From positions 1,600,001-1,664,000 of the forward strand of contig OZ242186.1 of assembly GCA_965205675.1 (NCBI GenBank): 64,000 nucleotides of DNA. The letters are read 5' to 3'. The position numbers and the translations under genes were made by a program. The DNA is from Nitrosopumilus sp. GTDB lineage: Archaea; Thermoproteota; Nitrososphaeria; Nitrososphaerales; Nitrosopumilaceae. The notes under the pieces are model-generated. The model was not told the origin of the DNA. It searched no databases and worked only from the letters and a program-made list of their open reading frames with translations. This document shows, in pieces, positions 9,272 to 18,874 of the stretch; the stretch's first letter is position 1, and each line of letters starts with the position of its first letter.

Positions 9272-10436
9272 TAATTCATCAAGAGGCAAAGTTGTTGCAA
9301 GTGGAATTATTCCATTTCTTTTTGTTATTTTGATGATGGTGTATATTTTTGGTCCAGGTGCAGATTTACTAGATTTTGGAATTCTTCTTCCTGAAATCAC
9401 AATTGAAAAGATAGATTTTCTTGATTCTGAAATTCAAGCAACTGTTAGAAACACAGGTCCTATTCCTGTAGAAATTGTTATGGCTGATGTAAATGATCGA
9501 ATTCAACCTGCTGCAGTTGAACCTGATGGGTTTTTAGATAGATTTGAAATTGCTTTAGTTAGAATCCCTTTTGAATGGAATGAAGCAGAACCATATTTTA
9601 TTGGTATTACCATTGAGGATGGAACCCGGTTTGAAAAAGAAGTCCCAGCAGCTGCTCCTGCATTAGAATGGTCTTTGGATCTTGCAATATTTTTTGCAAT
9701 AATTGGAACGTATGTTGGAATAATACCTGTAATGATTGGATTGTTGTGGCTCCCATTTATTAAAAAAATTAATAAACAAAAATATCATTTCTTTTTAGCA
9801 TTAACTGCAGGATTATTACTTTTCTTGGCAGTTGATTCTATTGAAGAGTCAATTGAAGTTTCTGATGAAAATTTGGCTGATAGTTTCAATGGAACATTAC
9901 TTGTAGCTACAGTAACTGTGTTGTCTTTTCTTGCATTGTATTATTCTGGAAGCAAACTTGTAGATAAAGCTGGCTCTTCAAAATTCACAAAACCTGTAGC
10001 TGTTGGACTGATGATTTCTATTGGTATTGGATTACATAATTTTGGTGAAGGTCTTGCTATTGGATCTGCTGTAGGTATGGGATCCATAGCATTCAGTACA
10101 TTTTTGATTGTAGGATTTGCATTGCATAATACAACTGAAGGCCTAGCTATCGCTGCCCCCATGTCCCAAGGCAAGATGATGTTCGGAAAATTAGCTGCCA
10201 TGGGAATGATTGCTGGCAGTCCTGCTATTTTTGGGGCATGGATTGGAGGTTTTGTTTATTCCCCATTTACATCGGTAATTTTTCTAGCAATTGGTGCAGG
10301 TGCAATTTTTCAAGTTATACTTGTTATTATGAAATGGATATATGATGAAAATGACAAAAAACTATCCAATATTGCTGTAATCTCAGGATTTGCTATTGGG
10401 ATGCTAGTGATGTATCTTACTAGTATTTTAGTCTAA
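9258..10436 (+). CDS. ZIP family divalent metal transporter with N-terminal extracellular domain
   Basis: LHNFGEGLAIG and LHNTTEGLAI motifs. Confidence 0.9.
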   Translation: MELRDNSSRGKVVASGIIPFLFVILMMVYIFGPGADLLDFGILLPEITIEKIDFLDSEIQATVRNTGPIPVEIVMADVNDRIQPAAVEPDGFLDRFEIALVRIPFEWNEAEPYFIGITIEDGTRFEKEVPAAAPALEWSLDLAIFFAIIGTYVGIIPVMIGLLWLPFIKKINKQKYHFFLALTAGLLLFLAVDSIEESIEVSDENLADSFNGTLLVATVTVLSFLALYYSGSKLVDKAGSSKFTKPVAVGLMISIGIGLHNFGEGLAIGSAVGMGSIAFSTFLIVGFALHNTTEGLAIAAPMSQGKMMFGKLAAMGMIAGSPAIFGAWIGGFVYSPFTSVIFLAIGAGAIFQVILVIMKWIYDENDKKLSNIAVISGFAIGMLVMYLTSILV

Positions 10437-11785
10437 TTTGGCTCAGGATGAATTGTAATCACTGAATTTTTGATTTCTGTTCTAATAGCATGTTCAATTT
10501 CTGATGTTAAATCATGAACTTTTTCAATCGATAAATCTTTGTTAAATGAACAATCTATGTCTATTTTGAGAATATTTTCAAATTTCAATGATAATATTCT
10601 ACCAATTGTTTTAATGTCTGGATATTTTTCTAATATTATTTTGATTTTTTCTTCAGTTTCTACATCTTCCATATTGAGATTTTCGGGAACTGCCACAAAA
10701 GGCTCTAAATGAATAGTTACATGTTCAATTTCTGGAATTTGTTCGTGAATTTCACGTTCAATTATTTCGGAAATTTTGTGTGCTGATGACAAATTAATTT
10801 CTCTATCCACCATGACATGTAAATTAGAATATGTTTTATTTTTTGCTTTATGTGTAGTGACATTATGAACTCCTCTCACCCCTTTTACATTTTTTGCAAT
10901 CTCTAAAATTTTTGCATCTAATGGAACATTTTTCCAATTTGGTTCGAAATGAACTGTGGTTGACGCATTTGGAATGTTATTTTTTATGTTTCTCTCAACA
11001 CTATCGCTAATTTCATGTGCTTTATCAAAACTAGTATCTCCTCTTAATGAGACAGTGACATCTGCAAAAATTATATCACCTGATTTTCTCATTAGTATTG
11101 AACCTGTATCAACCACTCCTTCTGTAGCTATTGAAATTTCTCTAACATGTTTCACCAATTCTGGAGATATTACATCAGTCAAATCCAATGCTGTTCTGTA
11201 TACTAGTTTTAGACTCAGTATTGCCAACAAAACTCCTAGGATTAGCGCTGCGATAAAATCTCCGAAATACAAACCATAGGATACTAAAACAATCCCAGCA
11301 ATTGCAACTAGGGTGGAACCAAGATCCATAAATGCATGATAAAAATCGGCTTTTAGAGTTGCCCCTCCAATTTTTTTAATTGTTCTTCTCAACAGAATAA
11401 TTCTGAAAAAGTCAATTCCCATTGTATATAGTCCGCCAATTACTGCAAATAACCCTGGTAAAACACTTGGAGGTGGACTTTGTAGCCTGTTGATGGATTC
11501 ATAAATGAAAAAACAAGCAATCAGAAAAATCGCTATTCCCCCAATTAATCCTCCTAAAGATTCAATTTTTCCATGTCCGTATGTGTGCTCTGCATCTGGC
11601 GGTTTAATTGCCCATCTTGCAGCCAAAAGCAAAACTAGAGTAACTACACTGTCTAGTAAAGCATGAATACTATCTGTAATTAATGCTAAACTATTTGAAA
11701 TTAATCCAAAAATTAACTCTACTAGAAATGCTGAAAAAATGGCTAAAAGTGAAATCTGTAAAACTTTGGTTCTCTGAACAAACAT
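10433..11785 (-). CDS. cation diffusion facilitator with repeated C-terminal dimerisation domains
   Basis: DSIHALLD, HTYGHGKIE, HAFMD; three H-x-E-P-terminated C-terminal repeats. Confidence 0.9.
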   Translation of the reverse strand: MFVQRTKVLQISLLAIFSAFLVELIFGLISNSLALITDSIHALLDSVVTLVLLLAARWAIKPPDAEHTYGHGKIESLGGLIGGIAIFLIACFFIYESINRLQSPPPSVLPGLFAVIGGLYTMGIDFFRIILLRRTIKKIGGATLKADFYHAFMDLGSTLVAIAGIVLVSYGLYFGDFIAALILGVLLAILSLKLVYRTALDLTDVISPELVKHVREISIATEGVVDTGSILMRKSGDIIFADVTVSLRGDTSFDKAHEISDSVERNIKNNIPNASTTVHFEPNWKNVPLDAKILEIAKNVKGVRGVHNVTTHKAKNKTYSNLHVMVDREINLSSAHKISEIIEREIHEQIPEIEHVTIHLEPFVAVPENLNMEDVETEEKIKIILEKYPDIKTIGRILSLKFENILKIDIDCSFNKDLSIEKVHDLTSEIEHAIRTEIKNSVITIHPEPN

Positions 11786-11914
11786 TACTTTTGATAATCT
11801 GAATCATGTATTACATTTTTCTAAGGAATGGGGATATGTTGTATGGCAAGATGAAGAAATTGTTGTAGTTCCAAAAATTGTTTCTTTAAATAACAAAATC
11901 ACTACAAAAAATTA

Positions 11915-12571
11915 TTGGGTTTAAGGGAAATTGGACTAAAAGAAGAATATCGTTCAGACAGAGATGATATTGTTGCAGAATTCTTTCTTCCTTGTCTAAG
12001 TAATTGCGTTGAGTATAACAGATGTGTGGATTTTTTATCAATTCAAACACTATCTACGTTTTCTGTAGCATTTGAAAATTTTGCAGAAGGTAAAGCAAAA
12101 TTAAGAATGATTACAGGTCACAGATTTAGAACAATTGACTTGAATTTATTTGCAAAGCTCTTTTCTGAGAAATTTACAAAATCATTTGAAGGTAAACTAA
12201 TTAAAGATGCTAAAATTCAAAAGCTTCAAGAGATTGTAAATCGAGGACAGGTAGAATTAAAAATTGCAATACCAAATTCAGAAAGAATCACAGATACATT
12301 TTCAGAAAGGATTGGAATTTTTAGAGATGAAGAAGATCAAACAGTGTCGTTTACAGGAACATCTAAAGAATCATTTTCAGCTCAATCAAGAGATTTTGAA
12401 TCTGTAGATGTATTTACATCATGGAATGATAAATCAAGGGTAGAAAGAAAAGTAAAAGACTTTGAAGAATTGTGGGAAAACAAAACAAAACATGTAAAAG
12501 TTTATGATTTTATGTATGCAGAAGAAAATAATCTTTTAAAATATTCATCAGAATGGATAATGAAGGATTAA
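11915..12571 (+). CDS. standalone PLD-like domain resembling the N-terminus of SF2 helicase/restriction proteins; HKD motif degenerate
   Basis: YRSDRDDIVAEFFLPCL ... FSERIGIF ... FTGTSKES ... FEELWEN. Confidence 0.65.
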   Translation: MGLREIGLKEEYRSDRDDIVAEFFLPCLSNCVEYNRCVDFLSIQTLSTFSVAFENFAEGKAKLRMITGHRFRTIDLNLFAKLFSEKFTKSFEGKLIKDAKIQKLQEIVNRGQVELKIAIPNSERITDTFSERIGIFRDEEDQTVSFTGTSKESFSAQSRDFESVDVFTSWNDKSRVERKVKDFEELWENKTKHVKVYDFMYAEENNLLKYSSEWIMKD

Positions 12572-13167
12572 AACTCAAAAGATTCTTCTAATCTTGCCTT
12601 ATTTGCAAAGAAACTCATACGATTAATTTTGTAATAAATTATCTCACCTCTTCTTTCGATGACTGCAATAATTGGTTCTTTTCCCATTTGAGTGATTTCT
12701 TCAATCTTTTTCTGCAAGGTCCTCATTTTTTCTTGTTGGCCCTCATTAAGACCAAAAATTAAAAATTTTGCTCCTTTTTCACCATAATGTCCTCTTTCAT
12801 AGACTCTAAAATCATAACCAAATCCAAAGCCATCTTTAACCACATATCCTTTATTTCGTAAATCTCGATAAATCAAAAATTTGGTAAGAATTTCAGAATC
12901 AATCGTTTGACAGATATTCATAAAATAATCAAATTTAATTTGTTTTTTGTTCTTTTTCAAAATCAATCTTTTTGTATACAATAGATAGAGAGTCTCAAAA
13001 GATTTTAGAAATAGTATTTCTTTTTCAATTTCTCCAAATCCTTTCATATCTAATTCATGAATCATATTCTTGTCCAAAATACGAGTTTGATCAGAAATTA
13101 ATTCTCCATGAACTAGAGAAATCTCTTCCATAATAAAGTCAAAATCAAATGATTTCCATATAAGCAT
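12568..13167 (-). CDS. endA: tRNA-splicing endonuclease subunit (probably structural/beta)
   Basis: YRDLRNKGYVVKDGFGFGYDFRVYERG; catalytic His position occupied by Gly. Confidence 0.85.
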   Translation of the reverse strand: MLIWKSFDFDFIMEEISLVHGELISDQTRILDKNMIHELDMKGFGEIEKEILFLKSFETLYLLYTKRLILKKNKKQIKFDYFMNICQTIDSEILTKFLIYRDLRNKGYVVKDGFGFGYDFRVYERGHYGEKGAKFLIFGLNEGQQEKMRTLQKKIEEITQMGKEPIIAVIERRGEIIYYKINRMSFFANKARLEESFEF

Positions 13168-13230
13168 TGGAGAATACTCAAAAATGCTTGGTTAACCGTT
13201 AAAATATGGGTATTTTGACTTGAAGATATA

Positions 13231-13740
13231 TTGCATGGTGCTAATTATCGAGATGGGAAAGGACAAGTCTTTACAAGAAAAGAATACATCAAAGGTAAAC
13301 CACAAATTAAAATTGCAAAATTTCAAGGAGGAAAAAGAGGAACGTATCAGTATTGTGTTCAATTATTACTAAATGAGAAAATTCAGATTAGACATATGGC
13401 TATTGAATCAACAAGATTGGCAGCAAACAAAACTCTAGAAAAAACAACAGGGGAAACAGGATATTATTCAAGGTTGAGAATATACCCACATAATCTTCTA
13501 AGAGAAAATAAACAGATTGCAACGGCAGGTGCAGACAGAGTTTCAGAAGGAATGAGAAGATCATGGGGAAAAGCAGTTAGTCTAGGAGCCAGAGTAAAAC
13601 AAGGACAATGCATTATGGAATTGTATGTTAACGGTGATACTCATTTAGATGCTGCAAAAAAAGCACTTCACGGATCATGTGTAAAACTACCAGGAACACC
13701 ACTAATCAAGGTAGTTAAATGGAACAAGTTATCACCATAA
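13231..13740 (+). CDS. rpl10e: 50S ribosomal protein uL16 (L10e)
   Basis: LRENK...AGADRVSEGMRRSWGK. Confidence 0.96.
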   Translation: MHGANYRDGKGQVFTRKEYIKGKPQIKIAKFQGGKRGTYQYCVQLLLNEKIQIRHMAIESTRLAANKTLEKTTGETGYYSRLRIYPHNLLRENKQIATAGADRVSEGMRRSWGKAVSLGARVKQGQCIMELYVNGDTHLDAAKKALHGSCVKLPGTPLIKVVKWNKLSP

Positions 13741-13995
13741 ATTATCTAAATCAGGTTTCTTGGTTTTGATAAATTCCATAAATTCATTAAATTCTTGTTT
13801 GGTCGGGTTTCGATTTAGAATTCTTTTTGATTGATAGTAAAATGTATTATAGATTCGTCCTACAACAATACCCAACGCAAAAGATTTTGAATCATCTACA
13901 CCAGAAAGTAGTTTAATCAATTCTTTGATCTCATCTTTGTTAGATAGAGAGTCTTGGATTTTTTGTTCTATTTTCTTTAGTAAGATGTCATCCAT
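13732..13995 (-). CDS. hypothetical protein
   Basis: 87-aa ORF, FALGIVVGRIYNTFYYQ, convergent overlap with rpl10e. Confidence 0.65.
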   Translation of the reverse strand: MDDILLKKIEQKIQDSLSNKDEIKELIKLLSGVDDSKSFALGIVVGRIYNTFYYQSKRILNRNPTKQEFNEFMEFIKTKKPDLDNLW

Positions 13996-14090
13996 GATGA
14001 TGATTCTTAGTTCAAATAGTTAATAAAACAGTTTAATTGTAGACGTCATGATGTTTTGTTTATCAAAACAAATATTTTTGCGCCTAGTCG

Positions 14091-14216
14091 CTACTTTTTC
14101 TTCAGATAATCAGAAAGTATCATATCTGCCATCTCTGAGACATCCACATCTTCTCTCACGGCCAAACATGGGGCATGCAAAATGGTTTTCAAATAACGTA
14201 TTTTATGCTGAAACAT
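14091..14216 (-). CDS. possible small RHH/CopG-like protein (41 aa)
   Basis: Manual translation MFQHKIRYLKTILHAPCLAVREDVDVSEMADMILSDYLKKK*. Confidence 0.3.
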   Translation of the reverse strand: MFQHKIRYLKTILHAPCLAVREDVDVSEMADMILSDYLKKK

Positions 14217-14424
14217 AGCGATTAGAATTTGATTGTGTGAGATCATGTATAAAAGAAATAAGAGAAAAAATGAACATCATAGACACTGCCAATAAGATAT
14301 GATTTTTCACAATATTCTATAAAACAGGATCTTCATAAAGTCCTATAAAATAATCGTGTGTTCCTATTGGAAGGACGGATTCACGGATTTTACAGTTATT
14401 AAAGGGGATTTTTCTAATCTCAAT

Positions 14425-14880
14425 ATGCCTAGTTATCAAGATCAAACGTGGATCAGATTATGGAAAGAAAACTCTCCTAAAATACGTGAACGAGTAGTTG
14501 GATGGCGTAAACAAAATGCAGTTACTCGTATTGATAAACCAAGTAGATTACAAAGAGCAAGAAGGTTAGGTTACAAAGCAAAACAAGGTATTATTGTAGT
14601 TAGAATGAGAGTTGGTACTGGAGGTATGAGAAAACAAAGACCTACGGGGGGTAGAAGACCAAAGCATCTTGGTGTTACAAGAATTAAGGCCGATGATGAT
14701 ATGAAAATTGTTGCAGATAGGAGAGTCATCCAAAGATATCCCAACATGAAGCTTTTAGGTTCTTATTTTGTCTATAAAGATGGAAAACATTATTGGTTTG
14801 AAGTTATTCTAGCAGATCCTGATCATCCTAGAATTGCACAAGATAAAGAATTAACCAAAAGAATTCCTAGAACTGCATAA
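14425..14880 (+). CDS. rpl15e: 50S ribosomal protein eL15
   Basis: RARRLGYKAKQG, WFEVILADPDHP; ATG 14425 preferred over the upstream GTG. Confidence 0.96.
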   Translation: MPSYQDQTWIRLWKENSPKIRERVVGWRKQNAVTRIDKPSRLQRARRLGYKAKQGIIVVRMRVGTGGMRKQRPTGGRRPKHLGVTRIKADDDMKIVADRRVIQRYPNMKLLGSYFVYKDGKHYWFEVILADPDHPRIAQDKELTKRIPRTA

Positions 14881-14881
14881 A

Positions 14882-15439
14882 TTGAAAGCGATATTATTTG
14901 TATCTGTATTATTCATTTTTATATTAACTCCTGCATACGGTCAATCACTATCTGATACAACTGGATTAATAAATAGATTGGATGTTAAAACTGGTGGCCA
15001 TTCCTTTGACATCAAAGTCACTTCAAATTTTGACATCTCAAATTTCGAATTTGATAAAGATGAGAAAAAATTAACCCTTTACATTACAAGTAGTTTGGAA
15101 AATAATTTAGGTGAAATACTTGTCCCTCTAAATTTTTTGAGTGGAAATCTTACATTCTTTGTCAACGATCAACAATATTTCCCAAAGATAAGTACCAATG
15201 AAAAAATTTCTTTTGTGACCTTAAATTTTACTGGTTCTGGAGACAATAAATTAGAACTTTTTGGAACTACGTATCTTTCAGGCTTAGTTGATAGAAGTGA
15301 TATAAATGCCAGTATTGGTAATACATTACAAAAAAAAAATACTTTTGATGATTCTTTTAATTGGATAATTATGGTAGGATCTTTGATAGTTGTTACAGGA
15401 TTTATTATAATGAAATTCAAAAAAAAGAAATTAAACTAA
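14882..15439 (+). CDS. secreted/membrane-anchored hypothetical protein
   Basis: Signal peptide (PAYG), beta-rich core, C-terminal TM helix and poly-Lys tail. Confidence 0.75.
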   Translation: MKAILFVSVLFIFILTPAYGQSLSDTTGLINRLDVKTGGHSFDIKVTSNFDISNFEFDKDEKKLTLYITSSLENNLGEILVPLNFLSGNLTFFVNDQQYFPKISTNEKISFVTLNFTGSGDNKLELFGTTYLSGLVDRSDINASIGNTLQKKNTFDDSFNWIIMVGSLIVVTGFIIMKFKKKKLN

Positions 15440-15483
15440 GGTGATTATAAACATAGTATCCGCAACTAATTCTATCTAATTAT

Positions 15484-16551
15484 TAGACCTCTTGCGCAAT
15501 TAGACATATTTTACCATATTACACAAATTCATTCACAACAAGATCCAAAGCTAAGAACAACCTAACACATTTCATGTTAACACACAAGCAACTCTCAAAA
15601 AAGCCAAAATCCCTTCTCTCTTTTACTGGAGTGACTAGGCAACAGTTTGATGTGATTCTAAAGGATGTCAGAAAGAATCATCGTATCACAGAACAAAAGA
15701 GACTGTCTCAAAGACAGAGAAAAAGAGACGTCATGGCCCTGGGAGAAAGTTTGATTTGAGTCTTGAAGACCAGCTTGTAATGTTGTTTGTTTACTATCGG
15801 ATGTACCTGACATGTGAATTGACAGGATATCTGTTTGGATTAGACCAGAGCAACGTCTACAGAAACATCAGATATTTAGAGCCTGCAGTAAGAAAAACAG
15901 TTCCTATTCCTGCAAAACTATACTCTGATTCCAAAAAAATGATGTACAGCAACTCCAACTGTTCTTTCCTGAATTAATTGCAATGACTGATGGGACAGAG
16001 CAGCAAATCCCAAGACCCCAGAACAAAAAGAAAAGACTCACTATTCAGGCAAAAAAAACACACAATAAAAAACCAAACACCGTAAACCAGAAAGGTGAGA
16101 TAATCCACAAACCCCCACATTCTCCAGGTAACATGATTATGCCATACTGAAAATCAGACATCCAGAACTGCCCGAAGATGTGATGATATTTTATGACCTT
16201 GGGTATTTGGGAGTGGAAAAAGATTTTCCAGAACAGACAAGCATTCTACCATACAAGAAAAAGAAAGGAAAAAAACTGACCATACATCAAAAGGAATGGA
16301 ACAAGATACAGTCAAGAATCCGAATAAAAGTAGAACATATTATCTCTCAAATCAAAAAGTTTAGGATTAATTCTGAGACATTTAGGAATAGATTGTGCAG
16401 ATATGATGCAATAAGTGACATCGTATGTGGAATTGTAAATTTCAAGACAAGATGGAAGCAAGAGTTTGTTGTGATTCCATAAGATTAGAAATTATTTGAA
16501 ATTAAATTCAATGAAAGATAAGATTTTGTTTGTAATTACGCAAGAGGTCTA
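15484..16551 (+). mobile_element. IS5-family (ISL2-like, HTH + DDE_Tnp_4) element, transposase frameshifted
   Basis: TIRs TAGACCTCTTGCG(C/T)AATTA at both ends, TA flanks; fragments FTGVTRQQF, DLGYLG, RIKVEHIISQIKKFRI. Confidence 0.92.
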
Positions 16552-16628
16552 ATATATAACAACTATATTAGTATTATGAAACTAATTACATAATATTAAG
16601 GAACTAAGTAAATAATAAATAGATGGAA

Positions 16629-16644
16629 ATGTTACCAGTAACAT
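16629..16644. promoter_or_regulatory. palindrome overlapping the start of the wHTH gene; probable autoregulatory operator
   Basis: ATGTTAC-CA-GTAACAT perfect 7-bp arms. Confidence 0.45.
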
Positions 16645-16996
16645 GATGTCTGAAACAGTATCTAAAACAATCGCCGAGTCTGATGGGAAAGTTCTGGAAC
16701 TTGGACCATTAGAAGATACATTTCCATGTTCCAGATCAAAGATTCTGGACTTTCTAATTGTGTTTGATGATTATGACTATTCGATTTCAGATATTGCGAG
16801 ACATTCTGGAATATCATTCAAAACTGCTCTGAATGAAGTACGAACACTTGAATCAGAATCTCTCATAACAAGAACCAGGAGATCAGGTAAGGCAATAATG
16901 TACAAACTTAATTTGGATTCAAAACAGGTCCAACTAACCAGTCAACTTGCAAAAGAGATTGCAGTTAGACGGATAAAAGAATCAAAGAAAAAATAA
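16643..16996 (+). CDS. winged-helix transcription regulator
   Basis: SRSKILDFL...YSISDIARHSGISFKT...RRSGKAIMYKLN. Confidence 0.8.
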   Translation: MMSETVSKTIAESDGKVLELGPLEDTFPCSRSKILDFLIVFDDYDYSISDIARHSGISFKTALNEVRTLESESLITRTRRSGKAIMYKLNLDSKQVQLTSQLAKEIAVRRIKESKKK

Positions 16997-17142
16997 TCTA
17001 AGGTTTATTTTTAATTAATGCTTTGATTTGAAAAATACTAATCAGGAATTTGTACTATATGGAAATTATGTCGCTTATCCATTTGTATCCTCTTCGGCCC
17101 AATTGGGGTTATATCATCTCTGATCGTTTTTGTGGCAATTCT

Positions 17143-18540
17143 GTATGTATCAAGCACTTTAGATGTATTTTGCCATCTCAGAAAACATATTCAACTCCCT
17201 TATCCTCCATGTTTCAAAGCATGTTAAAAATATAGAAAGCATCCTCATTCCCTGATTGCTTTTCATCTGTCCGCGAACATTTCTCTGCATGATACACTTT
17301 TGAATAGAATTTTCAGTGTCATTGTTAGTTGATGGAATACAGGGATATTTCACAAATGTAAACAGACTATTTCTTGCAGTTTTTAGTTTCTTACCAAACT
17401 GAATCATTTCTTTATCACCTGACATGTATTGACATATTATAGAATCTGTTTGTTTTAGTAAATTCAACGCATATCTTTTACGTTGTTTCTCTGAATGTTC
17501 TTGTATGCTATACCGTCTTGCACGATGCAATGGTTTTGAGAGTTTTCCATAAATGGTTTTAGCCTGTTTATCATTTGATTTTCTTGCAAGATATTTTGCA
17601 TCACGCTGCAGATGTGCAGTGCATCTCTGTTTTACATTATCACAAAATACCGTTCTGTATGGAGCATATCCATCAGATATTAAAATCCCTGAGAATTTCT
17701 TCCAACATTTTTTTAGGATTTTAGCACCTCTACTGTACTCTAAAGTGTGATGAGCTTCTGTTTTGCTTCTTGCAACCTAACACCCAATCCAGTCTTTCCG
17801 TCAATTGGAAATGCTGTCTCATCCATTCCAAGAATCTTTTCAGTCACGATTTCACTACTAATGTCATGGTACAATGGTTCTAACATAATACTGCCAGTGC
17901 GAAGAATAGATTGTACTGTAGTGCAGCTAATTTTCAATCCATATCTTTCTTGAAGAGTTACTCTAATGGTATCGTATGGCATTCTCTTTGAGAATAATGA
18001 GACTGCCTCACGTATTGCAGAAGCATCAAAGCATCCACATGGTGGAAGATTTCCATCTGTCTTGAAACTATCAGAGCAGTTCTTGCAATTATACTGATAC
18101 AAGACATGCTCAGTTGCAATGTATTGAGTTGGTGGAGGGATTTCAACCATTATTCTTTTGACAGTCTTGGTTTGAAGGATATCTTCACTTCCACATTTGG
18201 GACATTCTAAACATTTGTGATGTATGGTACTTAGTTGGGGTGAATTTCTGTGTTGTGCCCTTGTGACCGGGTATGCCACCACGTTTTGATTTGCCAGAAT
18301 CAGAATCTCTGTTTTTCTTTGCATCTTGTTTCTGTTTTCTCCATTCAAGTGAATTTTTTGATGGTGGTGAGTGTGGATTTTCATAGTATGATAATTTTTG
18401 CGTGAGTTGTTTTACTTTTTCTTGTAATTGTAAGATGATTTTCTCATGACCACACTCTGACATGTATTGTAGAATGATTTAGCTGATCTTTGATTTTTTT
18501 GTGTAATGGTATTGATTTATGTGTGAAGCTTGATACATAC
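17143..18540 (-). mobile_element. IS66-family element with frameshifted single transposase
   Basis: 13-bp TIR GTATGTATCAAGC; fragments ENPHSPPS, CPKCG zinc finger, MDETAF, PSTNNDTENSI. Confidence 0.88.
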
Positions 18541-18874
18541 TATTTTTTATCTCTATAAAGAATAACTTTTGAAATATAATCAGCTGATTAATCATGGTTG
18601 CATGTATGAATCCTTTAGTACAGATAGAAATGTGTTTATCATGACGTAGATCATTTGTAATTTTTTTTCTGACTAAATCATAGATTGGTTCTATTTCAAC
18701 TCTATAGAATCCATACTTATTTTTCTCTATTGTATATTTCAAACATGGATATTTGTCGTGATAATATTGTAAAGCATTAGATATCTGTTCAAATAATTTA
18801 TCATATATTGGATTAGTAGGCCATACCAAATCAGTTTCAGTATGATTTTCTAATCTGAATAACATTTTAAACAA
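18541..18874 (-). pseudogene. hypothetical ORF whose 3' end runs into IS66
   Basis: ORF 18479-18874 reads through the IS66 TIR; starts immediately after the upstream stop codon. Confidence 0.4.
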
